A stretch of DNA of 64,000 nt, from NCBI RefSeq assembly GCF_964355755.1, contig NC_092673.1, forward strand, positions 35,895,648 to 35,959,647, in the 5' to 3' direction. Position 1 is the stretch's first letter. Every line of letters starts with the position of its first letter. The notes beneath the pieces were generated by a model. The model saw only the letters and a program-made list of their open reading frames with translations. It made no database searches and was not told where the DNA came from. Source of the stretch: Antedon mediterranea (taxonomy: Eukaryota > Animalia > Echinodermata). Shown here in pieces: positions 27,411-40,715 of this stretch. The translations under genes and the position numbers were made by a program.

Positions 27411-30400
27411 TCAACTCACAACGTTTGGTTGTTCATCACAAGTACCAACATGCATGTTAAGCACCCCTTTATTATGAAGCTCCAATAAATTGCTAAATTC
27501 CTCAGCGAACTTATGTACCTTCGGCAAGGGAACAAACGGTTTCTCGTAGTAGTGGTATTCGACAGTTAAATTATTGTGGTCCTTGTGAAACGGCCAAAAT
27601 CCATAAAGGTTCACCTTATCACATAATGTCAAAGCAACACTGACCATATATAATCCTAGGGGGTTAAATATAAACGAATATAAATGTATGAATATGTAAA
27701 TAATGAGTGAGGTGCAACTATATACATTTAATCAATATTACCAAATTAAAGACTTAAAAGAATTTTCTGCAATTTTAACCCAATTTACTATTATAGGACA
27801 GATGTAAGAGCATTAAAATAGACTAAGCGTACATACACATTTCATTTGTACCTAGTGATGACAATAAATACTATCGTATCGGTATCGTATATGTTATTTA
27901 CTTGTTAATTGTGTTTACGGTCTAAAATAACTTTATTACTCCCAGACGTAATTCGTAGTCTCACCTGATGATATTCTAGTAGCCGTTATTCCGTTATCTC
28001 TCCAAAAGCTAGTAGATCCTAGGAAATGGCTCGGGTGCATAAACAATGGTTTTATCGGATAATCTTTGGTATTTGTAAATGCTTCTGCTACCTTTATAGA
28101 AAGAGCATATCCATTGGACGTGGCAAACACAGGAATGTAGATGTATGTCTTAAATTCTTTCATGTTATTCATAAATGAATCCTTGTCCTTTTTTCTGTGC
28201 AGGTAATAGTACCTAAAAAAGTAACAGATAACGTCAGGTAGACCCGAAGGTATACATAAACATCACCATCACATCTGCATCGCAATGAAGTGACATTTTC
28301 CTTTCCAATCGTGGTGTATATCAACTATCAACTACTACACACTCCGGTATGTAGTGTCATCTTTTAGGTCATAATATCTTGTAAAATTCTTTAATAGATC
28401 GCTTATATTTCTCTTGTGTTCCTTTTTATCTACATAAATCACTGTAATTTTCCCTTTTTTTCTGATGGATCTACCCTATGATCCTCAATTGACATTATCT
28501 AATTATCCTGTCTTTAATACAGCAGCGTATGTATGTGCTGTTTCTGTCACAGCACAATTCATATACATTTATTTATCAACAGTTCAACAGTTTTCAACAT
28601 AAATTATTCAATCACTAAATTACTAGGTAATAGTTTAGTAGGAAGGAGGGGTTATAATGCAAATATGACGTGACCACGTATCTTGGCTTAAGCTATGTCT
28701 ACGCTATCAAACTTTATGTGACAAAAAATGTGATGTGCCCATATATAGACATGATGATGTCACATCACTACCATATTTAAGCATATCACTAACATTTGGG
28801 AATATCATTACCATATTTGGGCATATCACTACCATATTTGGGAACATCACACTTAGGAATTAGGTTAAACTGACAATACAATTTTAAATATGATAAAATA
28901 TAATAAATAGAACAGGTAAACTGGAAAGTTCGTTAGTGTGGAAGGTCATTTGGGACCAGTTAAAGTAATTGAAAAACCGGATTCTGGAAGCCGCACGAAT
29001 ATTATGAATTATATATTGAGATTACAAACTGATAATACGTGGTTGATTGGTAATGGTAGTTTGTGATGAAATTAAACCTTGTTAAAACTTGGACAGTACA
29101 GTAGTTTAACGATCTTGTATTTTAAGGATTTTAACTGTTTTAAGGAGATTAACGGAAGGAGTAACGATGGCGAAGGCGATTATTCCTGTAATTTTAGTAA
29201 TTTGTTTAGATTAACTTTGAAATCAGAAGCCAAATTATAATACAATACTAATATAGGAAGAACCAGTGTATTATAGAGTGAAATCACAATACGGAATAAT
29301 GAACATAAAACTTAATGCTATTCAATATTCTAATGATTTTGGATATTGAAAAATATATACCGGGAGCAAAATTCTCGTGACAGTAGAAAAACACCTAAAT
29401 AATGTTTAAACTAATAGGTATTGAGGAATAATATACATTCTAAAAGGTTAGGTTATGGGATGCTGTGTTACAAAACTTGTCATGATACTAGGTGCATCTA
29501 GTGAGAATCGAATAAATACTTTGCTATACAATGGTTAAGCTCTTTATGTGTGTAATAAATTACCATTCCCTAACATATAGAGTAACATAGTATTTACATG
29601 AACATTCTAGAATAAGATGTTTTGATTTAATAAACCATGTATAATTAATAAGAACAATCAAGAACATTCCAGAAGTGCTATTAATAGAAACTGTAATCAT
29701 GTAATAATGAGAAGTATAAAGAATGATCTAGAAGGATAGGAGCATCTTGTATATAAAGGGTTGTAAACTATTGTAAGGTTGTTGGATTAGAGGTTGGATT
29801 AGAGGTTGGATTAGAGGTTGGATTAGAGGTTGGATATTATATTGTAAAGTTATTGTGAAACTGTTGTTTAAAGTGCTTACTGGATTGTTGAAAGTTGAAG
29901 TTGATTGAAATTAAAGCTTTGTTTTTGAGTTATTTTACAACTTTGTGGATTTTGTGTGTATACTTTTATGTCACAAGGGAGTTCCTAAAGTATTTTCAAC
30001 CGCTCGGAAACATACGTGAGAGGAGTTCGTGACAATGTGACCAAAAAAGACAGAGCTTAAGAGGCTGAAACTGGAGAACTAACCTTTTTTTAATTATTGA
30101 CGGATTCATTGTTGTCAAATTTGCTTTGATTCCAACGTCTGCTGAGTAATTGGTCAAAGGTGGAAGATTCATCCTGAAATATTCATTCAAATTTATTCAA
30201 ATTAGATATTTTACACTTGTATTGTGTATTCATTAATTTTTTTATTTATAATTGTTTAAGCTTGTCAACAAAACGAATTTTGGAGCATTCTGTATTTATA
30301 AATCATGTGTACTGAAACATGTGCAGCTAGCTTGGTTCCCACTAGCGACGCAACGCAATGACGTAACGCAACGTAAAGCTTGGTTCCCACTAGAACGTAA

Positions 30401-33400
30401 CGCAAGGACGTAAACGCAACGCAAGCGTTTTAACCAATGACAAGCGAAGTTATAGACAGTTAGCAATCACAAGCGAATAAGCCATCACTTGTGATTGGTC
30501 AGTTCACTTGCATTGCATTACGTCCTTGTGTTGCGTCGCTAGTGGGGACTACGCTTAAGTGATTTGCCCAATCACAAGCGATGGATTATTCGAACAGTGG
30601 CTTGTCATTGGTCAACTCGCTTGCGTTGCGCGTATGTTCCTGCGTTGCGCGTACATCCCTGCGTTGCGTCTCTAGTGGGAACCACGCTTAATTAGAAATC
30701 AGTTCATTCATCATTAAACAACCAGCAACAGGTTACCAAATTCTCATCAAACTAAAAGTGCATTAGTGTAATAAGACACCCAATTTTGTAATTGCACTTA
30801 GTGGAACATTTTGTGTTACTATCGACCAGCCTCGAACAATTCATCGTTCTGAAAATTTTAATAAATTATTGTTTATTAGAAAGAACACGTAGACAATAGT
30901 AGGGGCAATTATGCGTATGGAAAAATACAGTGTTCTGAATTGACTGTGTTTACCGTTTGCAAAATACACTCATTTCAAAGACTGGTGGCGGATGGTCTCC
31001 TTTTTACCTATACCTACCTGAGAACAAAATCGGCGTTATCAATTTGTTTACCACAACCACTTCCACCTAAAATCCCACTACTTCCAACCAAACTACACGT
31101 TGAGTAGGATTTCTTTAATGGTACTGCCTAAGAGCAACAAAAAAAGATTATGATGTCAAAGGTCATGCATAGACAGTACAAATTGACTGTGTGATTGCGA
31201 AATTAGTCTTTTAAATCAATACAATTGAAAGAGTTCAATTTTATTGTAGAAAATGTATTTGTAATGATGACGTTCCAATCAATATTTGAGGCGATTTGAA
31301 TGTTTTTACTATTGATTTGGTATAAAATTTCCTGAACGAAAAGTGCAAAATGTGAAGAATATAAATATAATAGTACTGTACTAGCAATTATTGTACTCGC
31401 AAATGGCGGTTTTCCCAGTACAATTCCGATCATTTTATCTCATTATACCCAGGTGTACCTTACACGTTTAGGCATGAATGCATTGAGAACAATAGTGTAT
31501 AACGAACAACACCTACAAACTCGGTCAATGATAATTGGAGGACCATGGAATTGAGATTGGTGAACCGCGGTATTTCCAGCACAAATTATAATTGTAATGA
31601 TATTCTGTAGGCTTACGTATTGTGATAACATGAACGGCAGCAACAGCCAGCATTGTAATGTTAGGCTTTTAAATTAATGATAAATTTGTAATTATTTTCT
31701 TTGGTATTAAGACTGCTACACACTAGGACGATAACGATTGACGATAAATAGATAAATATACATTTTCTTACATAAACCTAAATACATTTTAAAAGATTTC
31801 ATTCTAGAACTGTAGGATAACCATGTATTTGTCCTTGTTAAAAACAATATTATTTTTGAAATAACAATTTACAATAATCAAATGACGTCATGATCAATAA
31901 GAACAATAACATCGTTGTATCGTCACGACGTCATTTGATTGGATTTAAACAAAACATTTTCAAAGAACAACAAAGACATCATAAATAATTATCCTATTTT
32001 CTTTTGTTTTATATAGGAAAATGCACATTTAACTATTATCGTCTCGTGTAAACGGGCCTTTACAACTAAAAAATTCATTTATTTATTTGGTCAATATTGA
32101 TTTCAATATTTCAAGAATATACATTGTAGTACTCACATCTGGTAACAAGTTATACAACTTTTCATCAACAGTGACTTTCGCATTTTTATTAAAATATATG
32201 CCGACCTGTTGGCCTATTTTTATATTATCTTTAGTTACTACAATGCTTCCAGGATCAATGTATGTCAAATACTCTTTTCTAAGAAAGAAAATATATATTA
32301 TTATTATTATTATTGTCTTGCGTTGTCACTTATTAAACAGACCGAGTTCCAACGAACCTTTGTACACCACTGTATATCATTCCATATGTGTAATGTGGTG
32401 AGGTAGTTTCTCGAATGATCGTAAAATACTGGGTATGATCAACTAGCGTTCTTGTCACCAACTAGCCATCCATTCATAAAAGTATTTCTTGATCATGAAT
32501 GAATGATTTTAATAATGATTTTAATATTTCTGCCAACAATTATCATTTATGTTGAAAGCAAAGCAATAAAGCAAAATTAATTAATATGAATCTGTAATTA
32601 AACCACATGAAACTTATTAATTTATTCTTATAGAAACCAACTTATTTGTTATGAATTTACTGATAATGGCTTTTGAAGAATATTGAGTAATTTGTGTTCA
32701 TGTTTATATTTATTATATGTGTTGGTGATGCATGTTCGAGTGGTATTGATTAAAATGATGTAGGCCCTATATTGATATCCTGGATTTATATAGTGCCTAA
32801 TATAATATAATGTTGTGAAACCTCTAAGCGCTGAACATTATTAACCCAGACACTTACTCAAACACGTATGCAAACATACTCTCATAATGTAGCTAGTAAT
32901 CAGCGCAATACAATATGCCAATACAATATGAAATTACTTACTTAAACTTATCAAAATTGAATGTGTTTATTTCATGTGGTACACGGAGTGTTTTAGCTAT
33001 TTCTTGAAGATTAAATTGTTGTTCTTCACTTCTGCTCATAAGGTAACCTCGGTGATCATAATATCTACTCCTAAATGTAAAAAAAAAAACACATTTTGAC
33101 GTTTGAATAAGATAGATTAAATGGTTGTTCTTCACTTCTGCTCATAAGTTAACCTCTGTGATCATAATATCTACTCCTAAATATTAAAAAACAGACACTT
33201 TTGGTGTTTGACTAAAATTAGTCTATATAGACCTTCTTGCAGCAAATTTGATGTAATAATACATTCGTTACAAAGCGCTTTTGACAAAGTTATAACAGCT
33301 ATATAATGTTGTGATCTTACTAGATTTCTTTAGTTTAATTTGTTATGAATATTGAACACATCTACTTAAAATATATTCTATTATTATTTATATTATAATT

Positions 33401-34621
33401 AATTTCTTCAAAATTTAATTTGTATAATTAGCTCCCATATTCATAGTAAATGTGTTCACGGAATTGACTCTGCTCATTACACGTCATAGCCATACCCTTA
33501 TAAATACATGTTATTATGATTAAACTATAATTAAACATGGAGAGTCGATTTAGAATATTTTTTGTTATGCTAATTTATTTTCTGTAGAAATCAGGCTTAT
33601 CATAGTTTTTCTTCCCTTTTCTTGTTTAAATTTACCCTCACCGTTTATAAATGCATGCTATATGATTAAAAATTGAAACATGGAGTCTATCTAAGGGAGA
33701 ATATCTGGGTTTTTTTTGTTATGTTAATTTATTTTTCTGTAAAATCAAACTCAACAACGCTTTATAATGCATTATTGTATTGTATTGAAAGGACAGGATA
33801 TTTGCTCTTATTAATGAATGCTTTTTGTCATATTAATTTTTTTTTCTGTTGAATCAACTTCTATACTCATCACAAAGTAAATATTTTTATGGAGCCAATA
33901 AATCGAATGAATATTGCAGTTCATGATGATCAACTGTACTGTTACTTACATTGTTCCGTTTTTAATCGTTATGTGATAAGGATCCCGGTAACTAGTGCGG
34001 ACACTAGGCCTAGACTTAATGAATCCATGTTATAAGTAAATATTGACCCCTGACCTAAAATGTAGACAAAGTTCCATAACCGACATTGGTTCTTATCGAT
34101 ATCTTTCTCTCCTCCTTGTGTTGTTTTTTTTTTAAAGAAGAGCCCGAGTGCATTGCGTCAGTTTAGGTCCATCTCAGCCCCTGTCTTTTGGATCAATTAT
34201 GACTGATGGCATGCATTCGACACATTGGGGAGGGGGACTTGGGGAGGGGGACTTAGGGAGTGGGGAGGGGTTTAAGGGGGAGGGGTTTAAGAGGGATTAG
34301 GGGGCGTAGGGGGATTAGGGGAGATGGTATTGATGTATTCAACTGCGCCCTGAGACGATTATATATAAATAAATAAAAATCCATTATCCCTTCATATGAT
34401 TTTCTCATAACAAACATAAAACTGCAGACTGAAAACCACTTAATCAGGCATAATGGTTAATAATACACCATTCAATTAATTCACTGTACTTACGTTATCC
34501 AAGAAAGACTAGTGTTTGACGACAAGAACAGGGTGGATGTTAATGCAATAGTGATTATTGCAAACGTGGTACGTCGATACCGAGACATCTTTAAAAAACA
34601 GCGATGGGTCGACATTTTCAT
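27411..34621 (-). CDS. Alpha-2,8-sialyltransferase (GT29, ST8Sia-like) paralog B, 7 open coding exons, about 363 aa
   Basis: Exons 34621-34494 (MKMSTH...FAIITIALTSTLFL, TM), 33070-32942, 32278-32137, 31127-31018 ([28 protein letters not shown]), 30173-30084 (MNLPPLTNYSADVGIKANLTTMNPS), 28212-27965, 27655-27411 (GLYMVSVALTLCDKVNLYGFWPF, HYYE, HKFAEE, GTC). Intron phases match paralog A. The model assumes the stop-containing candidate exon at 33950-34054 is skipped. Confidence 0.87.
28860..29975 (+). mobile_element. Truncated LTR retrotransposon: 3' internal relic plus LTR at 29466-29975
   Basis: TGTTACA...TGTCACA termini, TATATAAA near 29749, ATTAAA near 29910, a purine-rich tract just upstream, and a degenerate GP(V)KVIEK integrase-tail-like peptide near 28960. 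It is inserted into a MITE. Confidence 0.5.
30329..30688. mobile_element. Nested PIF/Harbinger-like MITEs
   Basis: The inner copy (30377-30555) has a TAA TSD and sits inside an outer copy of the same family. Confidence 0.8.
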
Positions 34622-34954
34622 TACTTCTGTAGTTCTTACAACCTGCAACAAAATAACATTTATCAAATATTGTCCAAAAGTGTTGCGACGAACTCTTTCC
34701 GACCGTCTCTTTTTAACATTTTTGTTTTAGTTTTACTGTTTTAAACTAAAAACAATTATACCTTTTTTTTACGAGATTATGAAAAGTTTGATTGAATATG
34801 ACTCATTCGAACATTTTGGCGCTGGTGCTGAAAATGGTGTCAATATTTCATGTTTTCATATATCTTTATTTTCAATATTATACCAAAAAAGTGATCAAAA
34901 CTCTGAGATTAAAATGAAATAGTATAACATGGAAGGAGGCATCAAGAGTTGCAC

Positions 34955-35611
34955 ACACAAAGGCACTAATATAACGAATACTAAAGTGTTGGTAAATAAG
35001 TTGGTAATGGGTTTGTATAGGTATCATGGTAGATATTAGGTCCGTTTCTTCTAACACAAAGGCATTAATATAACGAATACTAAAGTGTTGGTAAATAAGT
35101 TGGTAATAGGTTTGTATAGGTATCATGGTATGATATTGGTCCATTTCTTCTAACACAAAGGCATTAATAACGAATACTAAAGTGTTGGTAAATAAGTTGG
35201 TAATGGGTTTGTATAGGTATCATGGTATGATATTGGTCCGTTTCTTCTAACACAAAGGCATTAATATAACGAATACTAAAGTGTTGGTAAATAAGTTGGT
35301 AATGGGTTTGTATAGGTATCATGGTATGATATTCGTCCGTTTCTTCTAACACAAAGGCATTAATATAACGAATACTAAAGTGTTGGTAAATAAGTTGGTA
35401 ATGGGTTTGTATAGGTATCATGGTAGATATTAGGTCCGTTTCTTCTAACACAAAGGCATTAATATAACGAATACTAAAGTGTTGGTAAATAAGTTGGTAA
35501 TGGGTTTGTATAGGTATCATGGTATGATATTGGTCCGTTTCTTCTAACACAAAGGCATTAATATAACGAATACTAAAGTGTTGGTAAATAAGTTGGTAAT
35601 GGGTTTGTATA
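34955..35611. repeat. 99-bp tandem repeat, about 6.5 copies
   Basis: Unit AATACTAAAGTGTTGGTAAATAAGTTGGTAATGGGTTTGTATAGG... lies upstream of the first coding exon of ST8Sia B. Confidence 0.92.
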
Positions 35612-36018
35612 GTTTGGACGATTGTGCTGTGTTTTTTTAATAATGTCAATTTCGTCACAAAGGATTTTGTTCCATGGGCATGGTTTTGGACTCCTGTGTG
35701 TGGAAGGCCTACTTGCAGCATACAATGTGAGTTAAGTGTGCATTTTAATGGAAATGCCTACCTAAAATGTTAACATTTGAAAATCCCGCTCCTCACCTCA
35801 AAATATGTTGCAGCACGCCACTTATAGTTATATTACGTCACAATAAAGTATTTCACGCCGATTCATCCTTATTTGGAATATATTGTTGTGACGTCAATTG
35901 TTTTTTACATCTCTGTGTCTAACCCACAAATATAATTAATTTGATACTCGTTGTGGTATGATAGAAGTGATACCAATAGTGTTTTGACTTAATAAGTTAA
36001 TAGTAAATAGTATGCTCT

Positions 36019-36207
36019 TCAAAACTAATTTCAAAATTAAGTTCTTCAGAAGCACCACCAGTTTCAAAATTAAGTTCTTCAGAACAACCAGTTTCAAAAT
36101 TAAGTTCTTCGGAACCACCCGTTTCAAAATTAAGTTCTTCAGAACCACCAGTTTCAAAATTAAGTTCTTCGGAACCACCAGTTTCAAAATTAAGTTCTTC
36201 GGAACCA
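36019..36207. repeat. 30-bp tandem repeat, about 6 copies
   Basis: GTTTCAAAATTAAGTTCTTC(A/G)GAACCACCA. Confidence 0.9.
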
Positions 36208-38789
36208 AATTGAGCTCTCCAGAGGACCACCAATTTAAAACTTAAGTTCTTTAATTCAAAATAACATTTATTTACTTCCTTTTAAGATTGAAACAATAAT
36301 GGAATAAATAAGAAATACTTTTGATTTAGTTTTACCATAAAAAGGTCAACAAGGCATACCACTGCAGAGCACAGTGCACATACTATATTAAAAAACAACA
36401 CTAAACAACATACGGTATTTATGGCACAAACTATAAATTATTGTTATAGGACACAAGAAGCCGGCGTTATCAGGAATTCAATGTATGTTGCTGCCAACTA
36501 TTTTAAGCGTTTGTTTTGCCCTACTATAAACAGGTAGTAGTTTAGTTAGAGACCAGAGCCTACAATTACATTATAGTTCTAGGCTTAGAATAACTCGAAC
36601 ATGATTCGCAATGTTCTGTTTAAAAATCACAACTATAATAAGGTATAGATATTGAACAGAAAGGAGGCAATATTGAGCAAAACAGAGAGGCATATAGAAA
36701 CTGTTCAGAATGTTGAAACGAACAGAACACACCCATTAAGTCCAACCTAGGCCGGCTTACTTATACGTCATGAATATCAGTTCGAGATTCTCCTACAATT
36801 ATATCATTAAAATGGGCCAAGAAATACACAACTAGTTGAATATTCCTCTCACAATCGACACTACCCAACAAAAGAGCTTAGGATAAAGAAATAAATAAAC
36901 GGAGACGCATGCGACATTAGTTTGCAGCAAGCAGTTACACACGAAGGAGGATTCCTCCGCCTCAGCTGTCTTGATATAAATTATCATAGTATTTGATAAA
37001 GACACTCCCAAACCAACATATTCAATAAATAAAAACAGTACTAACCTTTTAAAATCCTTTAAATGTCGTGATCCATGTAAATTGTCTTTGTATAATATAT
37101 GATTGTTACAGTTATTGTAGTAAATGCGTGTGTTGATCAGTCCGTCTAGCTTAAGTATGAATCACACTCCAGTGCGTTTTCAAGAGTTCATCAAAAGCTT
37201 TCATAATAATAGTGCGCATGCAACCGTGTGTAACACTGAAATGCCTATTGTTTCCCCCTGGATTTTACAAATCTACTTCACGGTCACAAAACACTGAGTA
37301 AACCTAGATTATATGGTTTTATGGCTTCAGTAGTGACTATAATTAATTTTATTGAATAATTTACGACTTAATCAAGTCTGCTGGTCTCTTTGCAGACGAC
37401 AAAGCATGAGCATGAACTTTAAACTTTTTTATAATCTTTACTATTACTGTAACCGCGCTGATGTCTTGATTTCCCCATTCGCTAATATTGCCCCACCATG
37501 TGGCTCAAATACTTAGTGTCTGGCCCTCCCCCTATTTAAAAATCCTGGATCCGCCCCCTGTGATTGTCGATCACCCAAATTTTTTACAGATGATGCTTGT
37601 AATTTAGAAAGTTATTCAAAAGAGAAACAATTGAGATTGTTTCCCACCGACGAACAACTGGGACTGACCGAAGAAACAACATTCCTCAGGGCCCCTCTCT
37701 GACTATAGTTTCTTTGTTATTTAGTTCGACGTTCCGCAAACTATGGGCCGCGAAAGATTTGAAGGGCCGCGGGAGATGGCTTAAGAAAAAAAAAAAATGA
37801 TGTTTTCCCCAGCGTCGCATCGTAGCGCCTTTATTTTTACCAAAACGCAGCTTACATAGCAAACAGTGAAATGTCGAGATGATGTTTGATGTTACACGGT
37901 TATGAGTTATATGGTTTTTGATCTTGCCGAAAATTATAAACATTATAGGTTATCAAACGGCGGCTAAAGTAGTTTCGATCGCGATGTAATGAAAACGGTG
38001 ACGGTGAGTGACGCGTCGTGTGCGTTATAAAGGGGAAACTTCGCAATGTTTACCCGTCGAAATAAATTACAATTTCCGGAAACCTACTGGTCTATATATA
38101 TGTATATCGAAAATGTTCTTACCTCAACCATGGTGGGGCTAGATAACAGACTAGGTGTCAGACTATTTTACGTGCCACGTTTACGTCTTCACGTATTCAT
38201 TAATTTTTTTTTTAAAATAAGGAATAATTAACTTAAAACTTGCTTCAATCATTCCATCGGATTATTTTTTAATTTTTTTTATTACAATCTACATCCAACC
38301 AATCGTAAGCCGGTATTGTCTTAAAAACAGTTAAAAACCTAAATCTTTTAGACAAAAAGCACTGTAAAGAAGGTTAATTTATTTTTATTTTGTGAATATT
38401 TCGTGAGACTCGACTACAAAACTACGTGTTGTGGTAGGCCTATATGATCATCGTAAGCTGAGCTCCCTCCCCTCCGCCACCCAGATTACGCTTGCTTCGT
38501 CGTTATTCATCATTTGCAAACGAACGGTGCGGATGAATTTTGACAATGAGCCTTATTACTTAAGTATGCGTACTCAACCAATCCAAGTTTTGAAATTTTC
38601 TGAAATTATTGTAAGAAATATGTAAAAATATAATATAATAAAAATATAAAAAACTTGTTTGAAATTATATATTACAATAATCAATGCATATGTATTTAAA
38701 CAAATAGAGAGAATACACTAGCCAGGCTAGGGATCGGCATCTTTACATTTCTAATCATTTGTTCCTAATTTTCTGACATAACTTAGGTG

Positions 38790-39300
38790 TTCTTAAAATT
38801 GAGGGCGCCAAACATAAAATTTACTAAATCGGGAACTCACAGAAAAAAAATATAGTGTGCTCCCTTTGCTTCTAGCACGGTAAGGCTCTCTCACAGCCTT
38901 GGGTCAATTACCACGACATCAGATGCTTTGATGTTATCGCCTCATAATGCCGTGGTGGAAAGGGAGACGTTCAATTTGTGAACCCGAAACACAGAAGCTC
39001 GCAAAGCTATAACTTTTTTCCACCGATCGGCATGGGGTTTGAAGCAATGATAATCGTGTTCCACGACGCTCTACCGACTGAGCTATCCGGTCCTCTGGTT
39101 AATAGCGAGGTTAAAACTAGATTCGTTTGTTCAAAATTACGTCATAAATATGCATATTTGTGACGTAACGATTGGAATTACGTAATATGAAGCGCGTATA
39201 AGAATACTATTGTCACCCTTCATTACTCGTGTACAGGGTGTGGAATAACAGGTAATGCTCTTTAACTAGCTGGGGTTCGAATCTCTACGGATTTTTTTTT
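38790..39300. mobile_element. Interspersed repeat with tRNA-derived segments; diverged copy at 46930-47450, inverted and interrupted copy at 56820-58365
   Basis: Shared AAATTGAGGGCGCCAAACATAAAATTT and CATCAGATGCTTTGATGTTATCGCCTCAT blocks, plus A/B-box-like motifs. Confidence 0.7.
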
Positions 39301-39959
39301 AAATAAATATAATTTTTGTTGTTGAATGGTATAACTTCGATGAAATTAAATTAATCATCTTCTACCAATTATAGGCTTCCGTACTCATTTTCAACGGTTT
39401 TTTTTTTAAATTATCATACAGTATACCAAACAATATTAAGTTAAACCCATGCAGCATGGTAAACACTCATAATCAAAAATACCGCCAAGATAAGTTAAAC
39501 CCATGCAGCATGGTAAACACTCATAATCAAAAATACCGCCAAGATAAGTTAAACCCATGAAGCATGGTAAACACTCATAATCAAAAATACCGCCAAGATA
39601 AGTTTTTAAACGCTTAACCTACGCTTAACCAAACAGTATTTGGTCACACAGCCCGATAATCCCGTAACTATTCTGTTTCTGAAATATGCTATCTTGGAAT
39701 TCCATCTTTTAGCTATAATATGGAGGTATATTCAGAGCGTCATTCTGACGACTGGAGCATTCTCTAATTCTCTACGGAGCGCCATTTATGCCTTTATTAA
39801 CTTCAATAATAGAAATAGTACAACGGTAACTGCTCAAGTGGACCCAATTTAGCATCAGGGTAGCACAGTGATATAAAATAGAAATGAAAGTCACTACTTT
39901 TAATATCGTTTCGTATATACCCATATCACAAACTGACAAACAGAAACATCTTGGCATTC

Positions 39960-40715
39960 ATATTGATTCAAATTTATCTTTTTCTTTCATGTAAATAAAC
40001 TCCGTTCCAAACTGGCTTGTCCATCTTCATCTTATCGCGTGCTCGGTCATTTCATTAATAAACACACATCCATACCCCTCTATAACACTATAATCCTCCC
40101 AAACATTGACTATTGATGTAGTGTTTGGAAAATCAGATCGAATATTGACCGAATACAGACCATTCAAAATAGAGCATTTCGCATTATCATTAAAGCTCAT
40201 CCTCTCACACCACGAACTAACATTTACAACACCTTAAATCTTAATCTTAAATCATACAGTCCAAGATCGCATGCATCTACAACTGGGCTGCCTTGCTTAC
40301 AGGTCTGCAAATGGTCTTGCTCCGGAATACCTTGTCCTGCGTCTTGCCAGAATTCCAAATCATCGATGTACCCGAAGTGTCAGTGAGAGGAAATTTGTCG
40401 TCCCTTTCCCTAAAACTGAAACTTTTAAGAACAGCTCCATCTATAGAGCACCAACATACCTGAATTTGCTACCCACAAAACTAAGGAATGCGGTAACAAT
40501 AAATAATTTTAAGTCTGCTCTAAAAAAATATTTAATCCCAAAAGAAAAAACTCAACGTTTTATATATATAGTATACGCTATATTTTTTGGATATTATGTA
40601 TTTTTATATTTTTTTAACATAGTTCATCCGTTTTTTCATATATGTTTTTGACTGTCTGCATATGCTAAATGTTTAGGGTCACCCTCACAAAATAAGGTTT
40701 AATAAAAAAATAAAA
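39960..40715 (+). mobile_element. 3' fragment of a CR1/L2-group LINE
   Basis: ORF 40271-40651 (LGCLAYRSANGLAPEYL...NLLPTKLRNAVTINNFKSALK) is a typical LINE ORF2 C-terminus with an A-rich tail. It is embedded in a roughly 105-bp repeat cluster. Confidence 0.78.

Noticed and set aside
35164-35721. 185-aa repetitive ORF
   Set aside because: By-product of a 99-bp (multiple of 3) tandem repeat; the frame breaks in the adjacent unit and there is no splice support.
35936-36245. Overlapping repetitive ORFs (SEELNFETGG and others)
   Set aside because: Translation of a 30-bp tandem repeat in several frames.
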